DNA of 64,000 bases from Gemmatimonadota bacterium. GTDB taxonomy: Bacteria; Gemmatimonadota; Gemmatimonadetes; Gemmatimonadales; GWC2-71-9. The notes below the pieces were generated by a model. It was not told the DNA's origin, did no database searches, and saw nothing but the letters and a program-made list of their open reading frames with translations. Shown in pieces: positions 46,527 through 57,334 of this stretch (positions within the stretch are counted from its first letter, which is position 1; the number at the start of each line of letters is the position of its first letter). The DNA lies in the NCBI GenBank assembly GCA_039588295.1, contig JBDHAB010000008.1:36396-100395 (forward strand). The letters are read 5' to 3'. The position numbers were made by a program, and so were the translations under genes.

Positions 46527-47725
46527 GGCCGTCCTCCGCCGGTCAGCCTCGTCGAGAGCCGTCGGGCGTTCGAGACAATCGCGGGCAGTACCTCGATCAC
46601 TCGGTGGATGTCCTCCAGCCGGCTCTCCCGCGAGAATGAGAATCGGAGGGAGGCGCCAGCGAGGTCGTTCGGGACTCCCATGGCGGTCAGGACATGCGAC
46701 GGCGCTGCCGCACCCGTATTGCATGCGGATCCGGAGGAACAGGCCACCCCGGCCTGATCCAGTTGTGCGAGCAGCGAGCTTCCCTCGGCTCCGGGGATGG
46801 AAACGTTGCTGATGTGGGGCGCTCGCCGCACCGTCGCGGCGTTGACCTGCAGATCCGGCACGTTGTCCACGAGCCGCCGCTCCAGCTGCCCGCGGAGCTC
46901 CTCGAGCGAGTGCGTGACGGTGGGGAGTTCCTGCACGGCCAGCTCCACCGCCACCGCCAGCCCAACGGCTCCAGCGACGTTCTCCGTTCCGGGACGAAGT
47001 CCCCCCTGCTGCCCCCCGCCGTGCAGCAGCGGCTCGAGGACGTCGCGGTCTCGCACGATCAGCGCGCCGATGCCCTTTGGCGCTCCGATCTTGTGTCCTG
47101 AGATGGCGAGCAAGGAGATGGGACCTGCGGACATCGTGCAGGCCACCTTCCCGACTGCCTGCACGGCATCGGTGTGAAACGCCGAGCCTGCGGTTGACGC
47201 AAGATGCGCGAGTCGGCTCACGTCCTGGACGACGCCGGTTTCGTTGTTGACCCACATGACGCTCAGCAGGGCCAGCCCCTCTTCGAGCGCGGCGCCAGCG
47301 GCCGCAACGTCGATGCCCCCCGAGGGTCCAACCGGCAGGACACGAACCTCTCCGCCGAGGTGCTCGACCGCCCGCGCCGCATCCAACACCGCTTTGTGTT
47401 CAGACGCGGCCACACTCACGCGAAACGGGCGACCCGTGCTACGGGCGCGCAGTGCGGTACCGAGCACCGCGAGATTGTCCGCCTCGGTGCCCCCCGAGGT
47501 GAATACCACCATACCGGGTTCTGCCTCGAGTGCCGTCGCAATGCGGCGGCGGGCATCCTCGAGCGCCGCCCGGGCGGTTCGGCCAAACCGGTGGCTCGAA
47601 CTCGGGTTGCCGAACGTCTCGTCACCGAGGAACGGCGCCATGGCTTGGCGCACCTCTGCGCGTACCGCAGTCGTAGCGGCGTGATCGAGGTAGACCAACG
47701 GTTCGTTGCTGCGCTTGGAAGACAT
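46523..47725 (-). CDS. Group I cysteine desulfurase (IscS/NifS-like)
   Basis: [40 protein letters not shown]. Confidence 0.93.
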   Translation of the reverse strand: MSSKRSNEPLVYLDHAATTAVRAEVRQAMAPFLGDETFGNPSSSHRFGRTARAALEDARRRIATALEAEPGMVVFTSGGTEADNLAVLGTALRARSTGRPFRVSVAASEHKAVLDAARAVEHLGGEVRVLPVGPSGGIDVAAAGAALEEGLALLSVMWVNNETGVVQDVSRLAHLASTAGSAFHTDAVQAVGKVACTMSAGPISLLAISGHKIGAPKGIGALIVRDRDVLEPLLHGGGQQGGLRPGTENVAGAVGLAVAVELAVQELPTVTHSLEELRGQLERRLVDNVPDLQVNAATVRRAPHISNVSIPGAEGSSLLAQLDQAGVACSSGSACNTGAAAPSHVLTAMGVPNDLAGASLRFSFSRESRLEDIHRVIEVLPAIVSNARRLSTRLTGGGRP

Positions 47726-47840
47726 TTGAACCGAGAAACCTAGGCTGGATCGGACCGCGGATCAAACCGACGCATGCATGCCGAGCGCGATTCCCGCCGC
47801 CTTCGTGCCCTGCTTCCTTCTCCCTGACGGGCTCCCTTGT

Positions 47841-48563
47841 TCACATCGACCGCACGCCCATCGCGACCACGTCGTCGATGCGCACCGTCTCGTGCGTGAG
47901 GTAGGGCTCACCGTAAGCGGTGCGAATGAGGCTCCCGTACCGGGCGCAGTGCATCCGCACATTCTCGTAGATATCGCCGCCGGCCGGGAAGATCTCACCC
48001 GCCGCCATCTTTCCGTCGAACTGCGACACGTAGCAGCGGATGGCTTCCATCTTTGCCTCGAGTTCTTCGGTGATGTCGACAACAAAGGACGGCTTCACGG
48101 CGTCTTCGCGGTAGGCGAGGGTGTAGAGGATCTTCTCCGGTCGATGGGGCTCGCCGGCCGCCGCGTAGTTGCGCAATCCCGCGAGGTACGACGCATCGCG
48201 CCCCAGTTCGGAAGCGATGCGGTGGTCCGGGTGCCGTCCGATGGGGTAGGGAAGGATCACGACGCGGGGTTGAAACCGCCGAATCAGCTCGACCACGGTC
48301 CGGCGAGTCACATCGGTGTTGTGCACCCCGGCGTCGGGGAGTCCCGCGTTGACCCGCGAGACCACGCCGAGGACCTCGGCGGCGGCATCGGCCTCTCGAC
48401 TGCGCACACTCTTGCTACCGTGCGTGCCGGTCTCCCCACCGGTGAGGTCGACGATCGCGGTGCGGTGGCCCCGCCGCGCGGCCTTCACAAGCGTCCCGCC
48501 ACAGGTGAGCTCGACGTCGTCGGGATGCGCACCGATTGCCAAGAGATCACAGCGATCTGTCAT
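47841..48563 (-). CDS. bshB1: PIG-L deacetylase, bacillithiol BshB1-like
   Basis: AHPDDVE, DLTGGETGT, RHPDH, LAGL, FVVDIT, CYVSQF, YGEPY. Confidence 0.78.
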   Translation of the reverse strand: MTDRCDLLAIGAHPDDVELTCGGTLVKAARRGHRTAIVDLTGGETGTHGSKSVRSREADAAAEVLGVVSRVNAGLPDAGVHNTDVTRRTVVELIRRFQPRVVILPYPIGRHPDHRIASELGRDASYLAGLRNYAAAGEPHRPEKILYTLAYREDAVKPSFVVDITEELEAKMEAIRCYVSQFDGKMAAGEIFPAGGDIYENVRMHCARYGSLIRTAYGEPYLTHETVRIDDVVAMGVRSM

Positions 48564-48597
48564 GTCGTCTCCCACGTTGCGCCGTTGCCTCGGGGAC

Positions 48598-49839
48598 TCA
48601 CTCGTACCGCAGGGCTTCGACCGGATCCAGTCGGGCCGCGCGGCTCGCCGGCAGGAGGCCGAAGAGCAGGCCAATCCCGACGGACACCCCAGTGGCCACG
48701 ACGGCGCTCCAGATAGGGACGCCGGTCTCGAAGCCGAGGACACGCTTCAGTACTTCTCCGGCCCCGAGCCCGACGGCGATCCCCGCGGCCCCGCCCACCA
48801 GTGTGAGGGTCGCCGCCTCGATCAGGAACTGCCACAGGATCTCCCGCCGTGTCGCACCGACCGCCTTTCGCACGCCAATCTCCCGTGTCCGACTCGTCAC
48901 CGAGACCATCATGATCGCCATCACGCCGATGCCGCCGACCATGAGCGCCACGCTGGAAAGAACGATCATCACGAGGAAGAACACGCCCGTCAAGCGGTTG
49001 AAGATGTCGAGGATCTGGTCCGATGTGATCATATCGAACGTATTCGGATCGCCGGGGCGCAGGCCGCGCATCTTACGCAGCTGGAGGGTAGCGGCGTCCA
49101 TGGCATCGGGAACGGTGATTCCCTCTCGTGGCTTGACCAGGATGACGAGGCTGTTCGTTTCGTCGTAGCGAAACTGCCGACGGGCCGCCTCGAACGGTAC
49201 GATTGCCGAAATCTCCTGCCCTGGAGGTTGAAAGATATTCTCCGGTTTCTGATACACGCCGACTACCCGGAACGCGCGTCCGCCGACGCGCATCACGCGT
49301 CCCATCGGGTTGATCTGACCGAACACGTTGTCGACGGCCTCTTGTTCGAGGATCACGACCGGTGTACCGGCGCGTATCTCCGTGGGGGTGAACGTGCGTC
49401 CGGCCAGGATCCCACCGCCCAAGACCTCCATGAAGCGATCGTCTGCGCCATAGACCACCGTCAACTGCGAGCGCACCCCCTGGTACTCCAAGCGCTCGTA
49501 CACGCCGACCCAGATGGCGGAGTAGTGGACTTCCGGCAGCTCTTCGATCGCGTCGGCCTCATCCTCCTGGAGAACCGGGCGGATGCGTACCTCTTTGGGA
49601 AGGGCATCCGGGTTGAGAGGAGTCGAGGACAGGAATCGCAGAATGCGGAACGTCGTCGGGCCAACCACTTCGAGCGAATTGAATATCTGTCCTCTGATTC
49701 CCTGAACGATCGAGGCCATGGCCATTACGGTGGCGACCCCGATGACAATGCCCAGAATCGTGAGCGCCGACCGCAGCTTCTGAGACCGGATCGCGCCCAC
49801 CGCCATGCCCGCGCCTTCGGCGAGGTTCGGGAACCTCAT
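48598..49839 (-). CDS. MacB/FtsX-type ABC permease D
   Basis: RSALTILGIVIGV, VGGIGVMAIM, REIGVRKAVGA, DPVEALRYE. Confidence 0.92.
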   Translation of the reverse strand: MRFPNLAEGAGMAVGAIRSQKLRSALTILGIVIGVATVMAMASIVQGIRGQIFNSLEVVGPTTFRILRFLSSTPLNPDALPKEVRIRPVLQEDEADAIEELPEVHYSAIWVGVYERLEYQGVRSQLTVVYGADDRFMEVLGGGILAGRTFTPTEIRAGTPVVILEQEAVDNVFGQINPMGRVMRVGGRAFRVVGVYQKPENIFQPPGQEISAIVPFEAARRQFRYDETNSLVILVKPREGITVPDAMDAATLQLRKMRGLRPGDPNTFDMITSDQILDIFNRLTGVFFLVMIVLSSVALMVGGIGVMAIMMVSVTSRTREIGVRKAVGATRREILWQFLIEAATLTLVGGAAGIAVGLGAGEVLKRVLGFETGVPIWSAVVATGVSVGIGLLFGLLPASRAARLDPVEALRYE

Positions 49840-49878
49840 GCGAGCGTGCTCCACGCGGTGCAAGGCATGACGTTTAGC

Positions 49879-51123
49879 TCACTCGAACCGTAGCGCGACG
49901 ATCGGGTCCAGGCGGGCGGCCCGCCGGGCGGGATAGACGCCGAACACGATGCCCACGCTCGTTCCCAGCATCAACGCTACCCCTACCGCCCACCAGGTGA
50001 CGCGACTCGGGAGTGGAGACACGAGGGCAACCAGTCCTGCGAGCGCCCAGCCTGCGAGGATCCCCAGCACCCCTCCAAGCGTGGCGAGGCAAATCGATTC
50101 GAGGAGAAACTGTCGTCGAATGTCCGACCGTCGAGCGCCGACGGATTTGCGAATGCCGATCTCTCGGGTGCGCTCGCCGACGCTCATGAGCATGATGTTC
50201 ATGATCACGATACCGCCCACGATAATGCCGATCGCGACGACAGCCGGCACCACGGTGAAGATGATTCGGGTGAGGCTCTGCCAGAAGCTGATGAGGCCTT
50301 CCGCGGTGTCGACCGTGAAATCATTGGCCTCACCGGGGCGCAACCGACGGGCGACGCGCATCGCCTCCTCGGCGCGGGCCATGGCTCCCGCCACCTGACG
50401 GGCCTCCAACATCTTCACAGAGATCACCGTCGTCTGACGGCGCCCGTACATCGCTTCGAACAGCGTGATGGGCAGGAGCACAAATCCGTCCCAGGACTGG
50501 CCCAACACGCTGCCCTTCTTCGCCACAACCCCTTTGACCGTGACCTGGTGGCCGCGGACCCGAATCTTGCGTCCCACGGCGAATTCGAGATCGTCGAAGA
50601 GCTTGTCGGCAATGTCGAATCCAAGCACGACCACGGCCCGCCGTTCGCCGACGTCGGTGTCGGTCATCGCCTCACCCGCGATGATCTCGTAATCCTGCAC
50701 CACCTGATACCCGGCGGTGGCGCCAAAGACCAGCGCGTCGCCGACCGTTCGGTTGCGCCAAGTGACGTCGCTCAGCGGCGTGGGCCAGCCTGAGAGCAGC
50801 GCCACGGCCTGCGCGTCGGGCACCGCGCGGGCCACGAAGTCCGCTTCCTCGGGCCGGATGATGGGACGACGCTGCAGCTCGCGCCACTCCTCATCGTCGA
50901 TGAACCCGACCTGGATCGGTTCTCGACGGACCTGAAACGCGTTGCGTCCCACAATGGCCCCGGCGAGGTTCTCGCGTACGTATGCGTTCATGCCCTGAAT
51001 GATTGCCACGACCGCGACGAGGAACGCGACCGAGACGATGATGCCGAGCAGGGTGAAGAACGACCGCAGCTTGTGCGCTGCGATCTCGCGGAGCGCCAGC
51101 CGGAGACCTTCCAGGGTCGGCAT
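49879..51123 (-). CDS. MacB/FtsX-type ABC permease C
   Basis: RSFFTLLG, VGGIVIMNIML, REIGIRKSVGA, DPIVALRFE. Confidence 0.92.
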   Translation of the reverse strand: MPTLEGLRLALREIAAHKLRSFFTLLGIIVSVAFLVAVVAIIQGMNAYVRENLAGAIVGRNAFQVRREPIQVGFIDDEEWRELQRRPIIRPEEADFVARAVPDAQAVALLSGWPTPLSDVTWRNRTVGDALVFGATAGYQVVQDYEIIAGEAMTDTDVGERRAVVVLGFDIADKLFDDLEFAVGRKIRVRGHQVTVKGVVAKKGSVLGQSWDGFVLLPITLFEAMYGRRQTTVISVKMLEARQVAGAMARAEEAMRVARRLRPGEANDFTVDTAEGLISFWQSLTRIIFTVVPAVVAIGIIVGGIVIMNIMLMSVGERTREIGIRKSVGARRSDIRRQFLLESICLATLGGVLGILAGWALAGLVALVSPLPSRVTWWAVGVALMLGTSVGIVFGVYPARRAARLDPIVALRFE

Positions 51124-51203
51124 GGTTGCAAATCTACACCGTCAAGCGTTGGGAGGGCCGTGTCGGTGCCGCGGAGGAGGAGGAGCTGCTGTTGGAGCGC
51201 GCC

Positions 51204-52439
51204 CTACTCGTACCGCAACGCCTCCACCGGATCTAACCGTGCGGCCCGTGCGGCCGGATAGAGGCCGAACGCTACCCCCGTGAGGATCGACATCCCCAGA
51301 GCCGCGATCACCGAATAGAGCGGGACCTTGGCCGGGAGCGGTGTCGCGTTGGCGACGACGACGCTGATCGCCCCGCCCAGGAGCATGCCGATGACGCCAC
51401 CGATGAGCGTCAATGTGGCCGCTTCCACCAGGAACTGCCAGAGGATCTCGCGCCGCCGGGCGCCTAGCGCCTTGCGGACACCGATCTCACGGGTTCGCTC
51501 GGTGACCGAGATCATCATGATCGCGACGACGCCCACGCCACCGACCATGAGGCCAACCGACGACAGTGCGATCATTACCAGGAAGAACATTCCCGTCACT
51601 TGATTCCAACTGTCGAGGAGCTTGTCCTGCGTCACGATCGCGAAGTTGTTGTCCTCGCCGGGACGCAATTGACGGCTTGCCCTCAGCGTCGCCGTGATCT
51701 CATCGATGGCATACTGCACGGTCACCGTGTCGGCCGGCGAGACCAGGAAGTCCATCCAGCCTCGCCAATAGTCCACGTACTTCTGGAAGGTCTTGTGCGG
51801 AATGACGGCTTCCGGCCGGTTGCCCTCGCCGAAGATGTCGGGCGGGGGCACGTACACGCCCACCACCTCGTAGGGAACGCCGCCGATCTTGATTCGCTTG
51901 TCGATGGGGTCGAGGTGTCCGAAGAGCTCGCTGGCGAGCTTCTCGTTTACCACGACGACGCGGGACCGCGCCTCGCTCTCGAGACGCGTGAACGAGCGGC
52001 CCGGCGCGATGTCGCCGCCACCGACGCGAATCCAATCCGGTCCACGACCGCGAATGGGAACCGACTCGAGCTTACGGTTGCCATACTCGACCTCGGCGCC
52101 CGAGCCCTCGTCCACGATGAGGAACGCCACGCTGGGTAGGAGCCGTAAGCGTTCACCTTCTTCGACCGTCAACGGTGGATTCCGTCGCCACGGGCTCATC
52201 TCGTCGGAGCCATCGGAGACCTGGATGCCGGCCTGGAAGAAGCGAAACACGAAGAACGTGCGCGGCCCGAGTTGATTGAAGATGTCTTCGACTCCGCGGT
52301 TGATGCCGGTGATCATCGAGCCGATGACCATCACGACCATGACGCCAATCGCCACGCCGAGGATGGTGAGGGCCGCGCGGACCTTGTTGGCCCGCAGCGA
52401 CGAGAGCGCGATGCCGACTCCTTCAAACAGCTGCGTCAT
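51204..52439 (-). CDS. MacB/FtsX-type ABC permease B
   Basis: RAALTILG, VGGVGVVAIM, REIGVRKALGA, DPVEALRYE. Confidence 0.92.
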   Translation of the reverse strand: MTQLFEGVGIALSSLRANKVRAALTILGVAIGVMVVMVIGSMITGINRGVEDIFNQLGPRTFFVFRFFQAGIQVSDGSDEMSPWRRNPPLTVEEGERLRLLPSVAFLIVDEGSGAEVEYGNRKLESVPIRGRGPDWIRVGGGDIAPGRSFTRLESEARSRVVVVNEKLASELFGHLDPIDKRIKIGGVPYEVVGVYVPPPDIFGEGNRPEAVIPHKTFQKYVDYWRGWMDFLVSPADTVTVQYAIDEITATLRASRQLRPGEDNNFAIVTQDKLLDSWNQVTGMFFLVMIALSSVGLMVGGVGVVAIMMISVTERTREIGVRKALGARRREILWQFLVEAATLTLIGGVIGMLLGGAISVVVANATPLPAKVPLYSVIAALGMSILTGVAFGLYPAARAARLDPVEALRYE

Positions 52440-52442
52440 GAT

Positions 52443-53684
52443 CTACTCGGCACGAATCGCTTCGATGGGGTCGAGCCGGGCGGCGCGGCTCGCCGGGTAC
52501 AGTCCGGCGGCGATCCCTACACCCGCTCCCAGCACGACACCGACCACGATGGACCACGGCGCGACCCTGGCCGGGAGGAACGTCGTGGCCTGCACGAGTG
52601 CTGCGAGGCCAAGTCCGGTCGCGACGCCGATCCCGGCACCCACGGTGGCCAGCGTGCCCGACTCGACGAGAAACTGCCGCATGATGTCGCGGCGTCGCGC
52701 GCCGAGCGACTTCCGGATGCCAATCTCCCGTGTGCGCTCGGCGACCGCCATCAGCATGATGTTCATGATCACGATGCCGCCCACGACCAGTGAGATGCTG
52801 ACGAGACCAGGCAGGGCGAGCATCATCACTTGGTTGATCTTGCCCCAGAAATCGAGCACGGCCTCGGAGGTCTCCAACGTGAAGTTGTTGTCCTCCTTCG
52901 GTCGCAGTCCACGCCGGCTCCGCATGACAGCCTCGGCTTCGAGCATCGCAGCACGTAGCTCGTCGACGGTGCCGGCTTTCACGAGCAGACCGTCCACGAC
53001 CCGAGGCGGGTTCACGAACCGCTTGACCGGGGACAACGCTGGCGCTACGACAAATTTGTCGAGTGAGATCCCAAAGAGATTGCCCTGAGACTCCACGACC
53101 CCGATCACGCGGTACGGGATGCTGCGGATCTTGACCTCGCGCCCCAGTGGATCGCGATTCTCGAACAGGCGCGTGGCGAGCTCGTTGCCGATCACGACGA
53201 TGGGCTGACCGGTGCGTACCTCTTGCGCACTGAACGGGCGACCCTCCTCGATGCTCCAGGTCTTGATCGCGAAGTACTGGTCCGTCGCCCCGATGATCTC
53301 GATGTCGCGAGCCACCTTGCCTTCGAACGTGACCTCCGCCCGATTGACCGACTGCCACGCCGTGAGGACTGGAACGGTTAGGCTGGCTCTGACGGCCTCA
53401 GCGTCCTCGTACGAGATGCGGGGGCGTCGTCGCCATTCCCGCCAGGTCTCGCGGGAGATGTCCCCCACCTGAAAGTCGGGGTAGCGTCGCAACTGAAACG
53501 TGTTCACGCCGAGGAGCGAGCCCGCGAACCGGTCGGTCATGTACGAGTTCATGCCCTCGACAATCGAGACGACCGCGATCAGGAAGGTCACGCCGATGAA
53601 GACGCCGATGACGGAGAAGCTGCTCTTCATCTTCTGCGACCAGATGACCCTCAGGGCCAGACGGATCGCCTCGCGGAACGGCAT
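52443..53684 (-). CDS. MacB/FtsX-type ABC permease A
   Basis: VGGIVIMNIML, REIGIRKSLGA, DPIEAIRAE. Confidence 0.92.
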   Translation of the reverse strand: MPFREAIRLALRVIWSQKMKSSFSVIGVFIGVTFLIAVVSIVEGMNSYMTDRFAGSLLGVNTFQLRRYPDFQVGDISRETWREWRRRPRISYEDAEAVRASLTVPVLTAWQSVNRAEVTFEGKVARDIEIIGATDQYFAIKTWSIEEGRPFSAQEVRTGQPIVVIGNELATRLFENRDPLGREVKIRSIPYRVIGVVESQGNLFGISLDKFVVAPALSPVKRFVNPPRVVDGLLVKAGTVDELRAAMLEAEAVMRSRRGLRPKEDNNFTLETSEAVLDFWGKINQVMMLALPGLVSISLVVGGIVIMNIMLMAVAERTREIGIRKSLGARRRDIMRQFLVESGTLATVGAGIGVATGLGLAALVQATTFLPARVAPWSIVVGVVLGAGVGIAAGLYPASRAARLDPIEAIRAE

Positions 53685-53688
53685 GCAG

Positions 53689-54390
53689 TCAGGCCGCCTC
53701 GCGGACGGTGTCGCTGTCGACCCGACCGTCCAGGAGCGTAATCACGCGGTGCGCGTGCGCGGCGATATCCGATTCATGGGTTACCATGATGATCGTCTGC
53801 CCTTGTCCGTGGAGCTCCTCGAACACGCTGATGATCTCGGCGCTGGTTGCCGAATCGAGGTTCCCGGTCGGCTCGTCCGCCAACAGAATGCTGGGATCGT
53901 TCACCAGCGCGCGAGCGATGGCGACACGCTGTCGCTGGCCCCCCGACAGCTCGTTCGGCTTATGCGTCATGCGGTCGCCCAGCCCTACGCGCTCGAGCGC
54001 GCCGGCGGCCTGCTGACGCCGGAGCTTCCCGGAGATCCCGGCATAGATGAGCGGCAACTCCACGTTGTGCAGTGCCGTGGCGCGGGGTAGGAGATTGAAC
54101 GTCTGGAATACGAAGCCGATTTCGCGATTGCGCACCCGCGCCAACTCGTCATCCGGCATGCGCGATACCTCGACCCCGTTGAGCCAGTACTCCCCAGTGG
54201 TGGGCGTGTCCAGGCATCCCACGAGGTTCATGAGCGTCGACTTGCCGGAACCCGATGGTCCCATGATGGCAACGTACTCGTTGCGGAGGATCTCCAGGCC
54301 GACGCCGCGAAGGGCATAGACGGTCTCGGCGTCCATCCGATACTCCCGGGTGAGTCCGGTGAGACGGATGAGCGGATGGGTGTGCGACAT
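53689..54390 (-). CDS. MacB/LolD-like ABC ATPase
   Basis: [36 protein letters not shown]. Confidence 0.95.
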   Translation of the reverse strand: MSHTHPLIRLTGLTREYRMDAETVYALRGVGLEILRNEYVAIMGPSGSGKSTLMNLVGCLDTPTTGEYWLNGVEVSRMPDDELARVRNREIGFVFQTFNLLPRATALHNVELPLIYAGISGKLRRQQAAGALERVGLGDRMTHKPNELSGGQRQRVAIARALVNDPSILLADEPTGNLDSATSAEIISVFEELHGQGQTIIMVTHESDIAAHAHRVITLLDGRVDSDTVREAA

Positions 54391-55643
54391 CAGGACCCTT
54401 CTTCCTCGCCACGCTCCTCGGTTGCGCGTACCGCCGTGCCTTCCTTGAGGTCGCGGATCTTCTGATAGGGACCGGCGACGATCGAGTCGCCCTCCGCCAG
54501 TCCTTCGAGAACCTCGAAGTGCTCCTCACCCGCGATACCGACCCGTACCGGACGGAACTCCGCGACGCCCTCGACCACCACGAACACCCCCTCGACTTCC
54601 TCTTTGCCCTGGGAGGTGTCCTGCGGAACCGTCTCCGAGGAGATCGCCTCATGTTCACGCACCGTGAGCGCGATGATCGGGATGCTCAGCACGCTGTCCC
54701 GTGTCGCCGTGACGATCTTGGCTGTCGCCGAGAGATCCGGGCGAATGCCCGGCGGCGGGTTGTCGAGCGTGACCTCGACTTCGTAGTCCACTGCCTGGTT
54801 CGTGCCACCGGCCGTCTGGGCCGCGCCACGAACTGCACTCTGCGAGACCTTGGTCACCCGTCCGGTGAACGTCGAGTCGGGGAACGCATCGATATCCACT
54901 TCCGCCGAGTCGTTGAGGTGGAGTCGGACGACGTCGGTCTCGTCGACACGTACGTTGACCTGAATGGTCGAGAGATCGGAGATGGTCATCAGGAGGCCGG
55001 TCTCTCGCGAGAACGTGCCGGGTACCGCCACCTCGCCCTCTTCCACGGCCAGCCGCGTCACTTCTCCGTCCATCGGTGCACGCAGCACGGTCTTCGCGAG
55101 CTGCTCCTCCACCTCTCGGAGGCCGGCTTCCGCTTGAGCGACCTGGTGTCCTGCGGACTTGGCCACGGCTTCGGCGACGTCGTACGACGTCTGTGCCTGT
55201 TCCAGCTGCTCGTCGGAGACCAGATTGGCATTCTGCCGCCTGAGCTCGATGGACCGCTCGAGGGCACGGTTGGCCTGGTCCCGGCTCGCGTTCGCCTGCA
55301 ACGCAGATGCCTGCGCCGACGCCAGCGTGGCCCGCCCCCGGGCCACGGCCGCCTCGTATTGTGACGGGTCGATCCTGAGGACCAGGTCACCGCGCTGGAC
55401 CCAGTCGCCTTCCTCGACCGGAATCCGAATGATCCGTCCCGTGATGTCCGCACTGATATCGACCGCTCGTGTCGGTTCGATTTGCCCGCTGGCAGTCACC
55501 GTCGCGACCAAGTCACGGCGTTCCACTTCGGCGATGCGAACGGACTCGCCCCGGTCGCCTTGGGCAGCCGCGTTGAACGCGATGAGTATGATGACGACGG
55601 CCGCGAGGCCGCCGAAGACGAAGAATTTCTTTCGACGCGTCAT
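54390..55643 (-). CDS. Periplasmic adaptor (MacA-like MFP)
   Basis: [29 protein letters not shown]. Confidence 0.92.
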   Translation of the reverse strand: MTRRKKFFVFGGLAAVVIILIAFNAAAQGDRGESVRIAEVERRDLVATVTASGQIEPTRAVDISADITGRIIRIPVEEGDWVQRGDLVLRIDPSQYEAAVARGRATLASAQASALQANASRDQANRALERSIELRRQNANLVSDEQLEQAQTSYDVAEAVAKSAGHQVAQAEAGLREVEEQLAKTVLRAPMDGEVTRLAVEEGEVAVPGTFSRETGLLMTISDLSTIQVNVRVDETDVVRLHLNDSAEVDIDAFPDSTFTGRVTKVSQSAVRGAAQTAGGTNQAVDYEVEVTLDNPPPGIRPDLSATAKIVTATRDSVLSIPIIALTVREHEAISSETVPQDTSQGKEEVEGVFVVVEGVAEFRPVRVGIAGEEHFEVLEGLAEGDSIVAGPYQKIRDLKEGTAVRATEERGEEEGS

Positions 55644-55658
55644 GTGTTCTCTCGTGCG

Positions 55659-57173
55659 TTAGCGCAGCGGTCGCCCGACTGCATCTTCCAGGGTCGCAAT
55701 CGCTTGGTGGTAGGCATAGATCGCCGCAATGTAATCGGCTTCGGCGCTCTGAGCCGCCACCTGGGCGTCGAGCAGCTCGAAGAACGTCCCGGAACCCACC
55801 CGATAGCGCTCGGTGGCGAGCCGGAGCTGCTCCTCGGCCGCCGTGCGGTTGCGCTCTTGAATTTCAATGGTCTCGTACGCCGCCTGGAGTACGTAATACG
55901 CTTGGCTCACGTCCGTGCGCACCTGCAGCTCACGGGCGCGGACGGCTTCCCTCGCGTCGTCCGTCGCCGCCGATGCTTCGGCAATCTCGAGCAATCGGCT
56001 GAACTGGGTGAAGATGGGCAGCGAGATCGTCATGCTGGCGGAGAATGGCTGGCTCGTGAAATCGAACGGAAATACGGCGTTCTGCTGCGTGATTCCGTCC
56101 CGTATGGCCTGTTCCTGAGCCGGCGTCAGGGTGAACAGCGAGCAGTCGGTCGGCGTGACGCCCGCGTTGAGCCAGTTGTTGTTGGCAAACTGGCACTGCT
56201 GGAACGCGGCGTCGGCATCGAGTTGCGCGCTCGTGACGGCACTTTGAATCAACGGATCGGTGTTGGTGAACTGCTGGGTGAACCCGGACCACCCGGCCGA
56301 GAAGAACAACGAGGGAAGCCAGGTCGATTTCGCGGCGCGCTCACCCGCGCGCGCTGCCGACGCTTGGGCGCGCCGGGCGATCAGACTGGGATTCTCCCGT
56401 TCCGCCTCCGCCAGGAGATCGCCTAGCTCCCACTCGGGCTCGAGCACCGGAAACGTGTCCGGGAGCACGACAACCGAAGGATCTTCGGGAGCCGGTACGC
56501 CCATGAGCTGAAACAGCCTGAGCTTCTCGACTTTGACCGATTGCTGCGCCTGTAGCAGTGCCACGTCGGACCGGCCCTTTGCCACCTCGGCCTGCCGCAC
56601 GTCCAAGATCGTGTTCTGCCCTACGTCGAATCGAGCCTGCGCCAGCCGGAGGAATTCGTCGTTGCGGCGCACCTGCAAGTCGGAGAGCTCGACCTCGGAC
56701 TCGGACTGCAGCACGGTCAAGTATTGCTGCCGAACCACGGATTCGAGATTCACCTCTGCGCCGGTCACAAAAGCCTCGGCGGCCCGGTGGCGCGCTTTGG
56801 CGAGTCCCGGCTGCATGAGCGTTCGCCCGGAGAGTTGGAGGCTGAGTCCGAGTCCGTAGCTCGATCCCACGGTGGCCGAGGACTGGATGAATTCCTCGGT
56901 CAGGAATGTCTGGCTCCCCGCTCCGCGGTAGGAGATCCCGCCATTGACGTTCACGCTGGGGAGGAACGAGGCGTAGGCATTGCGAACGCCCCAGCGCGTG
57001 GCCACCACGTCGTTGGCCGTTTGGCGGAATAGGGGGTTATTGGCTCTGGCGATCTCAACGGCGTCGGTGAGTGTCAGGGCTTGCGGTACCGACGGCGGGG
57101 CTTGCTGGGCCGCAGCGGCATTCGCCATCAGCAGGCTCAGGGCCGCGAGCAGAAAGGTGGCTCCTCGCTTCAT
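55659..57173 (-). CDS. TolC family outer-membrane channel
   Basis: Signal peptide; ARANNP, ARFDVG, ERYRVG..ELLDAQ repeats. Confidence 0.92.
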   Translation of the reverse strand: MKRGATFLLAALSLLMANAAAAQQAPPSVPQALTLTDAVEIARANNPLFRQTANDVVATRWGVRNAYASFLPSVNVNGGISYRGAGSQTFLTEEFIQSSATVGSSYGLGLSLQLSGRTLMQPGLAKARHRAAEAFVTGAEVNLESVVRQQYLTVLQSESEVELSDLQVRRNDEFLRLAQARFDVGQNTILDVRQAEVAKGRSDVALLQAQQSVKVEKLRLFQLMGVPAPEDPSVVVLPDTFPVLEPEWELGDLLAEAERENPSLIARRAQASAARAGERAAKSTWLPSLFFSAGWSGFTQQFTNTDPLIQSAVTSAQLDADAAFQQCQFANNNWLNAGVTPTDCSLFTLTPAQEQAIRDGITQQNAVFPFDFTSQPFSASMTISLPIFTQFSRLLEIAEASAATDDAREAVRARELQVRTDVSQAYYVLQAAYETIEIQERNRTAAEEQLRLATERYRVGSGTFFELLDAQVAAQSAEADYIAAIYAYHQAIATLEDAVGRPLR

Positions 57174-57215
57174 GATTCTCTCTGATGAGGTTGAGAGTGG
57201 ACGTCCAGCCTCCCG

Positions 57216-57242
57216 TACGGACGGTGAAAGACCGAGGTTTCA
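57216..57242 (-). promoter_or_regulatory. Putative ECF sigma promoter of exporter operon
   Basis: TGAAAC-N17-CGTA on minus strand. Confidence 0.45.
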
Positions 57243-57334
57243 TCCCGAGACATCCCAGACAACGAACGGTGCCAGCAGCAGCCGCAGTTCCCGCAGCTGG
57301 AACGGTGCAGGGGTGGGGCAAAGCGTTGCTTGGG

